Part shown: piece after piece, positions 54,450 to 63,644 of the stretch
Numbering within the stretch: the first letter of the stretch is position 1
Layout of the letters: every line of letters starts with the position of its first letter
IMG/VR virus record: IMGVR_UViG_3300031825_000007
Coordinates: 1,060-65,059 of that record
Direction: 5' to 3' (one strand)
Source of the DNA: a virus
DNA: 64,000 bases
Translations under genes and position numbers: made by a program
The notes under the pieces: model-generated
Database searches by the model: none
What the model saw: the letters and a program-made list of their open reading frames with translations, nothing else
What the model was told of the DNA's origin: nothing

Positions 54450-55202
54450 ATGACCAATACCGTCACCGGCGCCGAGCAGCCGGCGCCGTGCAATCTCGAA
54501 AACCTGCGGGAGCTGCTGCTGGCCCCGCGTCCCATCGTCCGCGACGAAGACGGCCACCTCACACACCCGGCCCTGCCCATCTGCGACGAGCGCGTGCGCT
54601 ATGACGAATTGCTAGCCGTCTTCGGAATCGAAGCGCACTACGTCGGCATGGAAAGCGACGACAGCAAGGCATACGAGCGCTACTCGGGCGCCGACGGCCC
54701 CGATTGCAGCTACTGGACACCCGCTCCGCCGTCGGGCGACGGCTGGCTGCTGCTGGCGATTTACGACACTGAGGACGGTCCCTACGCGCTGTTTGGTCGC
54801 GCCATGCCCAAGGAGGCATGGCCGCGCTACTACGGCGCCAGCGTTGACCTCACCACGCACCTGGTCCGACAGATTGCCTTTTCCTTCTGCACCTTCGGGC
54901 CGGGACGGCGCACCAAGGGCGTGATCGACCACATCAGGAGGGAACTGCGCGAAATCGAGGATGAGCCGCACCGCCTCGAAGAGTGGATCGACGTGGTGCT
55001 GCTGGCCCTGGACGGTGCCTGGCGCACCGAACTCGGCCATTACAACGGCCACCGGACGACGATGCCGGTCGAAGCCGTGGCCCACACGGCCGGCCGGATC
55101 ACCGCTGCGCTGGTCGCCAAACAAGCCAAGAACGAGACGCGCGACTGGCCGGACTGGCGCACTGCCGACCTCAACAAGGCCATCGAGCACAAGCGAGGGT
55201 AA
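54450..55202 (+). CDS. Unknown domain fused to DUF550 (dATP/dGTP pyrophosphohydrolase, MazG-like), 250 aa
   Basis: TFGPG.RTKGVIDHIRRELREI...EEWIDVVLLALDGAWR...KNETRDWPDWR. Confidence 0.85.
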   Translation: MTNTVTGAEQPAPCNLENLRELLLAPRPIVRDEDGHLTHPALPICDERVRYDELLAVFGIEAHYVGMESDDSKAYERYSGADGPDCSYWTPAPPSGDGWLLLAIYDTEDGPYALFGRAMPKEAWPRYYGASVDLTTHLVRQIAFSFCTFGPGRRTKGVIDHIRRELREIEDEPHRLEEWIDVVLLALDGAWRTELGHYNGHRTTMPVEAVAHTAGRITAALVAKQAKNETRDWPDWRTADLNKAIEHKRG

Positions 55203-55206
55203 CGAC

Positions 55207-55563
55207 GTGAACAGCAAGGAATTTCGCGCCGAGTTGGTCAAGATCATGCCGGGATACCGCTGGACGGTTCACAAGCCCTACACCGACGGGCGGCTTGAGG
55301 CCACCGGCACGCAGTCCAGCGGCTCCAACCGGCTATCCACTCTGTCCATCGTTCGGGTCGAGAAAGAAGGCTGCGAGCCGCTCTACGAGGTCAAATCCTC
55401 CGGGTATGGGCTGCGCGCGCCGTGGCTCCACAGGAACAAGGACGGCACGCTCGCCAGGGCCTTGCGGGGCCTTCAGGACTTCTACGAAGTCACTGAAAGC
55501 ACATACCGCAGCCATGCCAAAGCACTCCAACAAGGGCGGCAAGCCAATGGGGCCCCAGCATGA
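55207..55563 (+). CDS. Hypothetical phage protein, 118 aa
   Basis: GAGG SD, GTG start. Confidence 0.6.
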   Translation: MNSKEFRAELVKIMPGYRWTVHKPYTDGRLEATGTQSSGSNRLSTLSIVRVEKEGCEPLYEVKSSGYGLRAPWLHRNKDGTLARALRGLQDFYEVTESTYRSHAKALQQGRQANGAPA

Positions 55564-56135
55564 AGCGCATCTACATCAGCGGGCCGATGTCGGGCATACC
55601 TGGACACAACTTCCCCACCTTCCACATCGAGGCGGCACGCCTGCGCACGCTGGGCTACGACGTGGTGAACCCAGCCGAACTCAACTCCGAGCCAGGCAGC
55701 AAGCCGTACAACGACTGCCTGCGCACCGACCTGGTGGAGCTGCTGGCCTGCGACACCATCGCCATGCTGCCCGGCTGGCAGCGGTCGAACGGTGCTCACC
55801 TTGAAATGCACGTCGCGCACCGCGTCGGCATCGAAATCGTAGAAGCCAAGGACATCCAGGCGCCGCCGGCCACGCCCGTCATGCAAGGCGACGATGCGCC
55901 TGCCCCGTCATGGGACGACTGCAAGGTGGCCTACGGAATCGACGACGAAGACGCCCTTTGGGGCGCATGGAAAATCGGAACTCTGGAACTCCCCGCCGGC
56001 TGGACGCTGAACGAAACCGATGGTACCGGCGCGCGCATGGTAGCGGTATTTCGGGTCAATGGCATCCCGACAGAGGCCGATAGCCGTTCCGCACTCGCCG
56101 CGCTCGCCGCCGCGGGCGCTCGGAGGGCCTCATGA
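55560..56135 (+). CDS. DUF4406 (nucleoside deoxyribosyltransferase-like) protein with extra C-terminal domain, 191 aa
   Basis: IYISGPMSG...NPAE...CDTIAMLPGWQRSNGAHLE. Confidence 0.85.
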   Translation: MKRIYISGPMSGIPGHNFPTFHIEAARLRTLGYDVVNPAELNSEPGSKPYNDCLRTDLVELLACDTIAMLPGWQRSNGAHLEMHVAHRVGIEIVEAKDIQAPPATPVMQGDDAPAPSWDDCKVAYGIDDEDALWGAWKIGTLELPAGWTLNETDGTGARMVAVFRVNGIPTEADSRSALAALAAAGARRAS

Positions 56136-56356
56136 CGCCCTGTCAGTCCTACATCCCCGGCCGGCTCTGCCGCGACGGCTTCCCGACGGGATACCCGGCC
56201 AGCAGCGCATGCACTGGCCGCACCTGCATGTCCTGCGGCCGCCCCAACGACATCGTGCCGGCATGCCAGCGCGAAGACCTTGACGCGCGCTGGCTTGATG
56301 ACGCCGGCCGGCCGCGCTACGCGAATATCAACGGAGGCAATCATGCCGAGCAATGA
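56132..56356 (+). CDS. Cys-rich hypothetical protein, 74 aa
   Basis: ATGA overlap. Confidence 0.5.
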   Translation: MTPCQSYIPGRLCRDGFPTGYPASSACTGRTCMSCGRPNDIVPACQREDLDARWLDDAGRPRYANINGGNHAEQ

Positions 56357-56912
56357 AAAGGTCGTTCCCTACGACTCGCCCGAGGCAGCCAGCATCAAGA
56401 CCGTCACGGGCTGGGTGGATCGTCACGGGCGCTTCTGGGGCAACGACGAGCATATGGCGCGCTGGAGCGGGTGTACGCATCAGAAGTGCCCGAAGTGCGG
56501 GAGCCTCAAGAAGGCTCGTGGCTATTGCAAGCCGTGTCACGAAGCCGGAGAAATCGAGAAATGGCAGGCGATGCCGCGCATGCCGTGGGACGGCATGGCG
56601 ATGTTGTATTCCCAGGCGGCCGACCGCTACTTCAGCGACATCGAAGCGGTGGACGACTACTGCAACGACAGCAAATCCGATGTCGAGTCGCTACGCCTGG
56701 TCATCTGCACGCCCAACATCGCGCTCCCCATCGATCCGGAAGAGCACTACAGCGATGACATGCCCGAGGACGGTGGCAACCTGCCCATCGCCCTGCAAGA
56801 GGCATTCGCCGCGCTGAACGACGCCATCCGGGCCTGCGCTGAGCCGCTGTCCTGGTCGCCCGGCAAGACCGTGCCGACGCCCGAATCCGTTTCCATCGAC
56901 TGCAAGGGGTAG
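56343..56912 (+). CDS. Hypothetical phage protein, 189 aa
   Basis: GGAGG SD; GWVDRHGRFWG...CPKC...CKPC. Confidence 0.7.
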   Translation: MPSNEKVVPYDSPEAASIKTVTGWVDRHGRFWGNDEHMARWSGCTHQKCPKCGSLKKARGYCKPCHEAGEIEKWQAMPRMPWDGMAMLYSQAADRYFSDIEAVDDYCNDSKSDVESLRLVICTPNIALPIDPEEHYSDDMPEDGGNLPIALQEAFAALNDAIRACAEPLSWSPGKTVPTPESVSIDCKG

Positions 56913-56915
56913 CCC

Positions 56916-58046
56916 ATGCTCGCCCGCAACGCCACCATCTTCACCTTCTCGGGCATTACGCCAGAATCCATCGACGCGGCCATGCAGCGCCGCCAGTTCC
57001 TGCCTTGCGGCGCGGCCGAGGCTTCGAGCAGGGGCTTCATTCCTCCCATCGATGGCGCGCCCGATCTGACGCGGCACGTCGGCGGCGTGACGGCCATCGC
57101 CATGCGCGAGGACGACAAAATCCTGCCGGCGTGCGTCGTCCAGGCCGAGGTCAAGCGCCGCGCCGACGAGTTGGAAGAGCAACAGGGATTCCGGCCCGGC
57201 CGCAAGCAAACGCGCGAGCTGAAGGAGGCCGTCACCGACGACCTGCTCACCAAGGCATTCGTGCGAACGACCGTCGTGCGCGCGTGGCTCGACTTCAACG
57301 CCGGCCTGCTGGTGATCGACGCTTCGAGCGAGTCGAAGGTGGACAACATGATCGGCGTGCTGCTGCGCAGCTTCTCCGAGGCGCCCACCCTGTCGCGCTG
57401 GCGCACCAAGGGCATTCCCACCCACCACTTCACGAACTGGATTCAGGCGGCCGAGGCGCCCGCCGGCTTCACTATCGACGACCGGGCACTACTCGCCAGC
57501 GCCGACGGCGGGAAGATTCGCCTGGTCAACCAGAGCATGGACGATGCCGAGGTGCGCAAGCTGGTTGAGAAGGGCCGCACCTGCGCCGAGCTGGCGATGA
57601 CCTACGACGACAAGCTCTCGTTCGTGCTGACCCACAACCTAGTGCTGCGCCGCATCGCACACACCGGCATCAACGAAGAGCGCAACCCGATCCAGCAGGA
57701 CATGCTGGAGGAAGAGCGCCGCGATGCTGAAATCGTGCTGAATGCCGGCGCGATCCGCGAAGCCTTCGCCGCCGTCAACGAAGTCATAGGCGGTCTGGCC
57801 GAGAACGAGGAACCGGCCGGCACGTCGATTTCCACGGTCGGCGCCGAGGACGACCCGCTGTACGAGCAGGCCCGCAAGATCGTCGTCGCCAACGGCCGCG
57901 CGTCGATTTCCCTGGTGCAGCGCCACCTGCGCATCGGCTACAACCGCGCCGCGCGACTGCTGGAGAACCTGGAGCACTCTCGCGTGGTGAGCCCGATGGA
58001 CAACACCGGCTCGCGTCGCGTGCTCGTTTCGGCCGCCGAGGCGTAA
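56916..58046 (+). CDS. rdgC: RdgC-family protein fused to an FtsK gamma domain, 376 aa
   Basis: F.PCG...[23 protein letters not shown]; C-terminal DPLYEQA...[20 protein letters not shown]. Confidence 0.9.
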   Translation: MLARNATIFTFSGITPESIDAAMQRRQFLPCGAAEASSRGFIPPIDGAPDLTRHVGGVTAIAMREDDKILPACVVQAEVKRRADELEEQQGFRPGRKQTRELKEAVTDDLLTKAFVRTTVVRAWLDFNAGLLVIDASSESKVDNMIGVLLRSFSEAPTLSRWRTKGIPTHHFTNWIQAAEAPAGFTIDDRALLASADGGKIRLVNQSMDDAEVRKLVEKGRTCAELAMTYDDKLSFVLTHNLVLRRIAHTGINEERNPIQQDMLEEERRDAEIVLNAGAIREAFAAVNEVIGGLAENEEPAGTSISTVGAEDDPLYEQARKIVVANGRASISLVQRHLRIGYNRAARLLENLEHSRVVSPMDNTGSRRVLVSAAEA

Positions 58047-58055
58047 GGCGGCGCG

Positions 58056-58193
58056 ATGAAGAGCATCTTCGCCTGCCTGGGTGGCGCCTTCGTCCTGCTG
58101 TTCATCCTAGGTGCCACCGGCCTCATCGACTTCCACGTCTGCATCGGCGCGCCGGGCACCTGCTCCGTCTCCATCACCAGGGGCACCAAGTGA
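58056..58193 (+). CDS. Small membrane protein, 45 aa
   Basis: Hydrophobic; GTGA overlap with the next ORF. Confidence 0.5.
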   Translation: MKSIFACLGGAFVLLFILGATGLIDFHVCIGAPGTCSVSITRGTK

Positions 58194-58378
58194 CCCGCAA
58201 GAGCGTGATTCCCTGCCGCGTCTTCGGCGGCCTCAGCCCCAAGACGGGCAAGCTCGTCTGGAGCCGTCACCGCTGGGACGGCGGCGCCTGGGGCGTCGGA
58301 CGCTGCGAGTTCTGCGGCCGCTCCCTCGACGAGGTGACGCGCCGCGACACCCCCACCACGAAGGAACCCCGATCATGA
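58190..58378 (+). CDS. Small hypothetical protein, 62 aa
   Basis: Coupled on both sides; CEFC. Confidence 0.55.
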   Translation: MTRKSVIPCRVFGGLSPKTGKLVWSRHRWDGGAWGVGRCEFCGRSLDEVTRRDTPTTKEPRS

Positions 58379-58896
58379 ATACCGATCCCCAAACTGCCGC
58401 CATAGCGCAGCCCGGTGACGAAACTGCCTGTTGCGCCGCCGTCAGCGCGCTGCTGCGCCTGCGGCACTGCCTCTCGTACAACGACAGCTACTGCGGCGAG
58501 CCCGCCGGCGAAGTGAAGCGCGCTGTGGTGCGCTGGTCGCACCTGGGCGCGACTCCCCTTCCGGTATCGGCGCAGGAATCAAAGGGGGAGCGCGAAGCAT
58601 TCACCGCGGACATGATAGCCGCCGGCGCACGCGACTATGGCGACAACACCTGGGAATGGGATGACGCCGATTTCCTGTTCAGGTTCTGGAAGCACGCTCG
58701 CGCTACTCCGGCAGGCTCCGCTTCGCCGGTGGACGTAGACCTTCACCATCTGCGCGCGCATGGCCATCAGCAAGTCGAGGGACTTTCCAAAACCGGGCCG
58801 GAGCTTACCAGTTCGGCCGCCACGGCTGGAACTGTGGCCGCGGACCCATGCGCCGCACATATCCCCACCGAAACCACACAGCACATCACCGACTGA
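58375..58896 (+). CDS. Hypothetical protein, 173 aa
   Basis: AAGGA SD, ATGA overlap. Confidence 0.55.
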   Translation: MNTDPQTAAIAQPGDETACCAAVSALLRLRHCLSYNDSYCGEPAGEVKRAVVRWSHLGATPLPVSAQESKGEREAFTADMIAAGARDYGDNTWEWDDADFLFRFWKHARATPAGSASPVDVDLHHLRAHGHQQVEGLSKTGPELTSSAATAGTVAADPCAAHIPTETTQHITD

Positions 58897-58904
58897 GGCG
58901 CACC

Positions 58905-59465
58905 ATGAGCGGAAAGAGCTGGACGGAGGAGGAGGATGCCGCGCTGTGCGACGTATGGGACTTGCCCACCTCGCTCAAGGTGCATCTGCACCTGTTCCCG
59001 GATCGCACCTACCGCGCGGTGATCTGCCACGGCTGGGAACTGGGCCTGAGCAAGCGGGACATGAAGACCTATCCGCACTACTCGCCGGTCTGGGACGCGC
59101 TCTCGCGTGTCATGCGCGAGCACGATGCCCCGGCGTCGGCCAAGGAGCTGTCCCACATCAGCGGCATCCCGCTGCGCTCAATCATGACGCAGCTCAAGAG
59201 TCATCGCGGCACCGATTGCTACGTGGCCCAGTACATGAAGGTCGGTAAGCGCGGCGTGGTGATGGCGCGCTGGCGCCTCGGCAACCAGCCGGACGCACCT
59301 TGGCCGGCGCGCACCCCCACATCGGTCCTCAACAAGCGCGCGTACAAAGCGTTGAAGGAGAACCGGCCCGACCTGCTCGCTGCGCGCCTGGCCCGGCAGC
59401 GCCTCCGCTACGCCGAGAAGACGGGCAAGCTGATCCGCCGCGATCCGGCTGCGGCCTGGTTCTGA
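58905..59465 (+). CDS. Putative DNA-binding protein (Myb-like/wHTH), 186 aa
   Basis: WTEEEDAAL; SAKELSHISG; basic C-terminus. Confidence 0.65.
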   Translation: MSGKSWTEEEDAALCDVWDLPTSLKVHLHLFPDRTYRAVICHGWELGLSKRDMKTYPHYSPVWDALSRVMREHDAPASAKELSHISGIPLRSIMTQLKSHRGTDCYVAQYMKVGKRGVVMARWRLGNQPDAPWPARTPTSVLNKRAYKALKENRPDLLAARLARQRLRYAEKTGKLIRRDPAAAWF

Positions 59466-59475
59466 GGGTGGCGAC

Positions 59476-59679
59476 ATGCCCATCGAGCGCCCGCGCCAAT
59501 TCGCCAGCAAGCCCCAGTACGGCATGCCGCTGGGCCCTGCGGATGTGGATGTCGTTCGAGCCGATCTGGCGGTGCTGCGCGACGAGACGATGAACCTGCG
59601 GGCCGACTGTGCCCGCGACCTGGTGCAGACCACCCAGGTCCGCATCGAACTGGACAACGCCGCCGACCGCGCGGCCTGA
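59476..59679 (+). CDS. Hypothetical protein, 67 aa
   Basis: GAGG SD. Confidence 0.55.
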   Translation: MPIERPRQFASKPQYGMPLGPADVDVVRADLAVLRDETMNLRADCARDLVQTTQVRIELDNAADRAA

Positions 59680-59698
59680 CATCCCACCACCACACATC

Positions 59699-61423
59699 AT
59701 GAACAACAAGACGACTTTCAGCCGTTTCACGATCATCGCGCGCGCCATCATCGACGCCTACAAGGAGCACTACGACTTCCCCACGCAGGGCGAGTCACAC
59801 ATGCAGGACTGCATTGTGAGCGAGTTGGAAAAGCTCTGGCCCGCGATGTGCAAGGGCCTGAACTGTGGCTGCACTGATGGCCGCAGCCATTCTCCCGAGT
59901 GCGATGCACAGCATGCCGCAGTCATTGCTGGAGGCACGTTCTTGAGCGATGCGCCAGCCGCGCCTCAGGTTGGTGAAAGCGTCTTGCGCGAGGCGTCGCG
60001 CTGGCTGCACGCCGCGTATGACCGTCCGCCACAGACGCCCGACTGCGCTGCGATGCTGGCCTTGGTTGATGCCGCGCTCGCAGCGCAATCGGCGCCGCGA
60101 GCCGGAGAGGATGTGCGGCCCACAGGTACGCTCGTTGGGCCGGGGGGCGGCTGGATCATCAACCCCGACGCCGCACAGGCAGCGCCGCAGGCCCAGCCGA
60201 GCGACACCGCTGGCCATGCACTGGCCTCCTTGGTCGCCTACTTGAGGGAAGAGGCGGATTTCAATCGCTCTTGGACCGACGGCCGGCGCGGCGATCTCGT
60301 GCCGGGTGAAGAATATGCCAAGCGGCGACTCGAACTTGCGCAGCGCGCCGACGACTGGGCGGATGCGGTCGAACGGCTGTCCCGCTACGGTGCCGCGCCG
60401 CAATATCACGACAGCACGCTGGGCCCGCACGTCGGCAATTCTTCGTTCGAGTCCTGGTTCAGCGACTACGACCCAGCCGGCAAGGGCGACAAGCAGCGTG
60501 CCCGGGATGCCTACGCTGCCGGCAGAAAGGATACCAAGCGTTTCGCCGTGCCCCAGGCCCAGCCGAGCGACGAGGAAATCGACGCCATCTGGAAAGAAGG
60601 CGCGCTGCGCACGGATTTGGAGCCATCCACCCGTGGCGTGTTCCGATGGGCTGCTCGCGCCCTGCTGTTGCGCTACGCTGCCGCGCCGCAGATCGGTGAC
60701 GACGAAACCAGCATCTGGCCCATCGTCAATGTGACCGTGGACGCCCAGGGAAATATCACCGAGGCGAAGTGCTATGCCCCCGGCCTGCCGCCTGGGAACC
60801 ATGATGTCTATCCCGTGCGCGTGCCCTACATGGACGAGCACACCGAGGCATGGCATGCGGTGTTCAACGCCCTGCTCGAAGTGGCGCCGGATGTCATGGG
60901 CGGCCACGGGAATGGCATCGAGTGCGCGGTGCGCGCCATCAAGCATCTGGCCGAACGGTCCGCGCCGCAGGCCGGAGAGGATCAACTTCCCCTGGTGCCG
61001 AGCGCCTATGTTGACGGCGCCTACATAGGCTACAGCAAGAGCGATCTTCAGGCGTATGCCCGAGCAGCACTTGCGATGCGGGCCGGAGAGGATGCGCAGC
61101 CGGTCCCGGCTTTCTATGTCTGCGATGCGGATGTCGCTCGTCTGGCAGACCGCCGTTTGGCTGGCAAAGTAGTCATGCTGAACAAGGAAGCTGGCCCGGG
61201 CATGACAGCCTACTACGCTATCCCGCAGCCAGTAGCCCAGGCTGTGCCGGCCGTGCCGGAAAGCGCGCGCTGCAAGGAACTGACCGATGCTGAAATCGAG
61301 CGCGGCTGGCACGCCACATTCAGCACCAGCAACCCGTACTGCCCGTGCAATCTCAAGTCGTTCACCAAGGCCGTGCGCTGGGCCGTGGCCGCGCTCACCA
61401 CCCAAGGAGCGAGCCATGATTGA
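59699..61423 (+). CDS. Mosaic multi-module hypothetical protein, 574 aa
   Basis: Unrelated segments separated by repeated AAPQ(A/V/I)G(E/D) and PQAQPSD linkers. Confidence 0.7.
   Translation: MNNKTTFSRFTIIARAIIDAYKEHYDFPTQGESHMQDCIVSELEKLWPAMCKGLNCGCTDGRSHSPECDAQHAAVIAGGTFLSDAPAAPQVGESVLREASRWLHAAYDRPPQTPDCAAMLALVDAALAAQSAPRAGEDVRPTGTLVGPGGGWIINPDAAQAAPQAQPSDTAGHALASLVAYLREEADFNRSWTDGRRGDLVPGEEYAKRRLELAQRADDWADAVERLSRYGAAPQYHDSTLGPHVGNSSFESWFSDYDPAGKGDKQRARDAYAAGRKDTKRFAVPQAQPSDEEIDAIWKEGALRTDLEPSTRGVFRWAARALLLRYAAAPQIGDDETSIWPIVNVTVDAQGNITEAKCYAPGLPPGNHDVYPVRVPYMDEHTEAWHAVFNALLEVAPDVMGGHGNGIECAVRAIKHLAERSAPQAGEDQLPLVPSAYVDGAYIGYSKSDLQAYARAALAMRAGEDAQPVPAFYVCDADVARLADRRLAGKVVMLNKEAGPGMTAYYAIPQPVAQAVPAVPESARCKELTDAEIERGWHATFSTSNPYCPCNLKSFTKAVRWAVAALTTQGASHD
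60092..61093 (+). repeat. Dispersed in-frame linker repeats
   Basis: GCCGGAGAGGAT exact at 60101, 60971, 61082; CAGGCCCAGCCGAGCGAC exact at 60188 and 60554. Confidence 0.85.
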
Positions 61424-61880
61424 GCTGCGCCCTGTGACGCGGGACGTGGCCGACGACTACATCCGCAGACACCACCGCCACCACGGGGTGCCGGTGGGCG
61501 CCCTGTGGCGCCAAGCGGTCCACGATGACACCGGGCGCCTGGTCGGTGTGGCCGTGTCCGGCCGGCCTGTGGCTCGTGCTCTCGATGACGGCCTGACCGT
61601 CGAAGTGACCCGCCTCTGCACGGATGGCACGCCGAACGCATGCAGCATGCTCTACGCCGCCGCGCGTCGAGTTGCGCAAGACAAAGGCTACCGGCGCGGC
61701 CTGACCTACATCCTGGAGACCGAGGACGGCGCCAGCCTGCGCGCCGCCGGCTGGCGGCTCCTGTGGCACGTCAAGGGTCGCAGTTGGGACTGTCCTAGCC
61801 GGCCGCGCACCGACAAACACCCGACAGACGACAAGCAGGCATGGGGATGGGGTTCCTGGCCTGCGGCGGAAGCAAGCTGA
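61416..61880 (+). CDS. XF1762-family protein (Mom-like GNAT fold), 154 aa
   Basis: RHHRHH...LVGVAVSGRPVARALDDG..EVTRLCTDGTPNACSMLY...TYILETEDGASLRAAGW. Confidence 0.8.
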   Translation: MIELRPVTRDVADDYIRRHHRHHGVPVGALWRQAVHDDTGRLVGVAVSGRPVARALDDGLTVEVTRLCTDGTPNACSMLYAAARRVAQDKGYRRGLTYILETEDGASLRAAGWRLLWHVKGRSWDCPSRPRTDKHPTDDKQAWGWGSWPAAEAS

Positions 61881-61912
61881 GGGGACTTTAACTTCCACGA
61901 TCCAATCACACC

Positions 61913-62191
61913 ATGACCGAAGAAACGACGATTACCGAAGACGACCGCACGCGCTCGCGTGCGGCGGGCGAGAAAGCAAAAGCCATCTGGCTCCAGGCGG
62001 TGGTGCCGATCCTCACCTTCCAGATGGAGGGCATGGACGGCATCGAGGCGGCCGGCTTCACCGGCGCGCTGTGCGGCTCCTTCTTCCGCACCCTGGCCGA
62101 AACCTTCGGCAAGGAGTTCGCGGAGCAAGCCTTCCGAACCGCCGCCGACAACTCGGCGGCGGCAGCACCGGCAGCCAGCGAGGTGCACTGA
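61913..62191 (+). CDS. Hypothetical protein, 92 aa
   Basis: TGATG-coupled to the next ORF. Confidence 0.55.
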   Translation: MTEETTITEDDRTRSRAAGEKAKAIWLQAVVPILTFQMEGMDGIEAAGFTGALCGSFFRTLAETFGKEFAEQAFRTAADNSAAAAPAASEVH

Positions 62192-62556
62192 TGCAGACCA
62201 TGACACTGGAAGAATTCAGGGCCGCGTGCATCGCGCAGTCCCCGAGCCACGACGTGCTCGTCGTCAAATGCCCGATGTGTGGCACGCTCCAGACGGCGCG
62301 CGAACTGATCGCGGCCGGTGCCGGCGCGGACTTCGACGCGGTGGAGCGCTACCTGGGCTGGTCCTGCATCGGCCGCTTCACCGGCGCGCCAAGCCCGCGC
62401 ACGAAGCCGGACGGCCAACCCTGCAACTGGACCCTCGGCGGCATGTTCCGCCTGCACAAGCTGGAAGTGGTGACGCCGGACGGCGAGAAGCATCCCCGTT
62501 TCGAGCTGGCGACCCGCGAGGAAGCGGACGCACACCGTGCGGAGATGCAGCCATGA
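62191..62556 (+). CDS. VVA0879-like Zn-binding protein, 121 aa
   Basis: KCPMCGTLQ...SCIGRF...CNWTLGG. Confidence 0.7.
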   Translation: MQTMTLEEFRAACIAQSPSHDVLVVKCPMCGTLQTARELIAAGAGADFDAVERYLGWSCIGRFTGAPSPRTKPDGQPCNWTLGGMFRLHKLEVVTPDGEKHPRFELATREEADAHRAEMQP

Positions 62557-62981
62557 TCCGCGACAGCGAGAAGCAACACTACCTGCGCTGGCTCGCCAGC
62601 CTCAAGCCGGGCGACAAGGCAGTGCTGACCGGCTACACGGGCTACGACCGTTCGCCGACGATCCTGACGGTGCAGCGCCTCACCCCCACGCAGATCGTCG
62701 GCAGAGCGGGCGTCGCAGGCCGGGAGATGCGCTTCCGTCGCTCCACTGGCGTCATCCTGGGCAAAGGCTACTCCCGCCTCAATCCCATAACGGATGAGGT
62801 GCTGGCGGAGGTCCACCACTATGAACTGCGCCGGTGGTTGAGCGATCTGACCCGTGGCCGCGACGATGAAATCAGCAAGATCCCGCCCGCCGCGCTGGAG
62901 GTGATGCGCGCCGCCTACATGGCCGCCATGATCGACCACCAGGCCGAAAAGGCGAAGAAAGCGGCGAAGGGGGCGGCATGA
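62553..62981 (+). CDS. Hypothetical SH3-like protein, 142 aa
   Basis: LKPGDKAV...TVQRLTPTQI...RFRRSTG; ATGA overlaps. Confidence 0.65.
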   Translation: MIRDSEKQHYLRWLASLKPGDKAVLTGYTGYDRSPTILTVQRLTPTQIVGRAGVAGREMRFRRSTGVILGKGYSRLNPITDEVLAEVHHYELRRWLSDLTRGRDDEISKIPPAALEVMRAAYMAAMIDHQAEKAKKAAKGAA

Positions 62982-63283
62982 AGAAGATGCCCCTCTCCAA
63001 GCTGATCGAAGCCGCCGCGGAGCACGGCCTGGTGCTGGTGCCAACCGAGCCCACGGCGCAGGCGATGGGCTTGGCATCGCTCGCGGTCTGGCCGCAAGCC
63101 TCGCGCGCTGACATCGCACTGGCACGCTGCGCTGCGCTGGTCGTGTTGCAGCACAGGGATGCCATGCCGGGCGTGACCCTGGATCAACTGACCGCGACCA
63201 TCGCCACGATGGCGCCGGCCTACCGCGCGATGGTGCAGGCGGCTGCCGTGAAAGCGGAAGGAGGTGCGGCATGCGCTTCCTGA
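62978..63283 (+). CDS. Hypothetical protein, 101 aa
   Basis: VLVPTEPT...MAPAYRAMVQAA. Confidence 0.6.
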   Translation: MKKMPLSKLIEAAAEHGLVLVPTEPTAQAMGLASLAVWPQASRADIALARCAALVVLQHRDAMPGVTLDQLTATIATMAPAYRAMVQAAAVKAEGGAACAS

Positions 63284-63363
63284 CCCAGTTCTGCAACTAC
63301 GGCCGGATGTTCCAGATGGTGACGCGGCGCGGCCCGTGGCGGCGCCGGGGAGAAACGCGATGA
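63271..63363 (+). CDS. Very small basic protein, 30 aa
   Basis: AAGGAGG SD; ATGA overlap with the next gene. Confidence 0.4.
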   Translation: MRFLTQFCNYGRMFQMVTRRGPWRRRGETR

Positions 63364-63644
63364 CGAAACCCTACCTCGATGCGCTGGGCCGGCCCGACCC
63401 CGCGCTGACCGAGCACGAGCTGATGCGCACTGCCCGGGATGCCGCTGATCGCCTGCATGCGCTGGTCCATCAGCTCCGCTACGTGCACGGCAATGCCGAG
63501 ATGGAGCGCGACGCTGCGCCGGTGCTGCGCGGGCTGGAAGCCCAGGTGAACGCGCTCCAGCAGGAACTCATCACCCACCGCGCCCGGGCTGCGCACCGCG
63601 CCCGCGTCGAATACGACCGCCTGATGCGAGGGCCGCTGCTATGA
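63360..63644 (+). CDS. Hypothetical coiled-coil protein, 94 aa
   Basis: ATGA overlaps at both ends. Confidence 0.6.
   Translation: MTKPYLDALGRPDPALTEHELMRTARDAADRLHALVHQLRYVHGNAEMERDAAPVLRGLEAQVNALQQELITHRARAAHRARVEYDRLMRGPLL

Noticed and set aside
54450-55202. 2-aminoadenine (Z) genome pathway
   Set aside because: No PurZ or dedicated polymerase visible.
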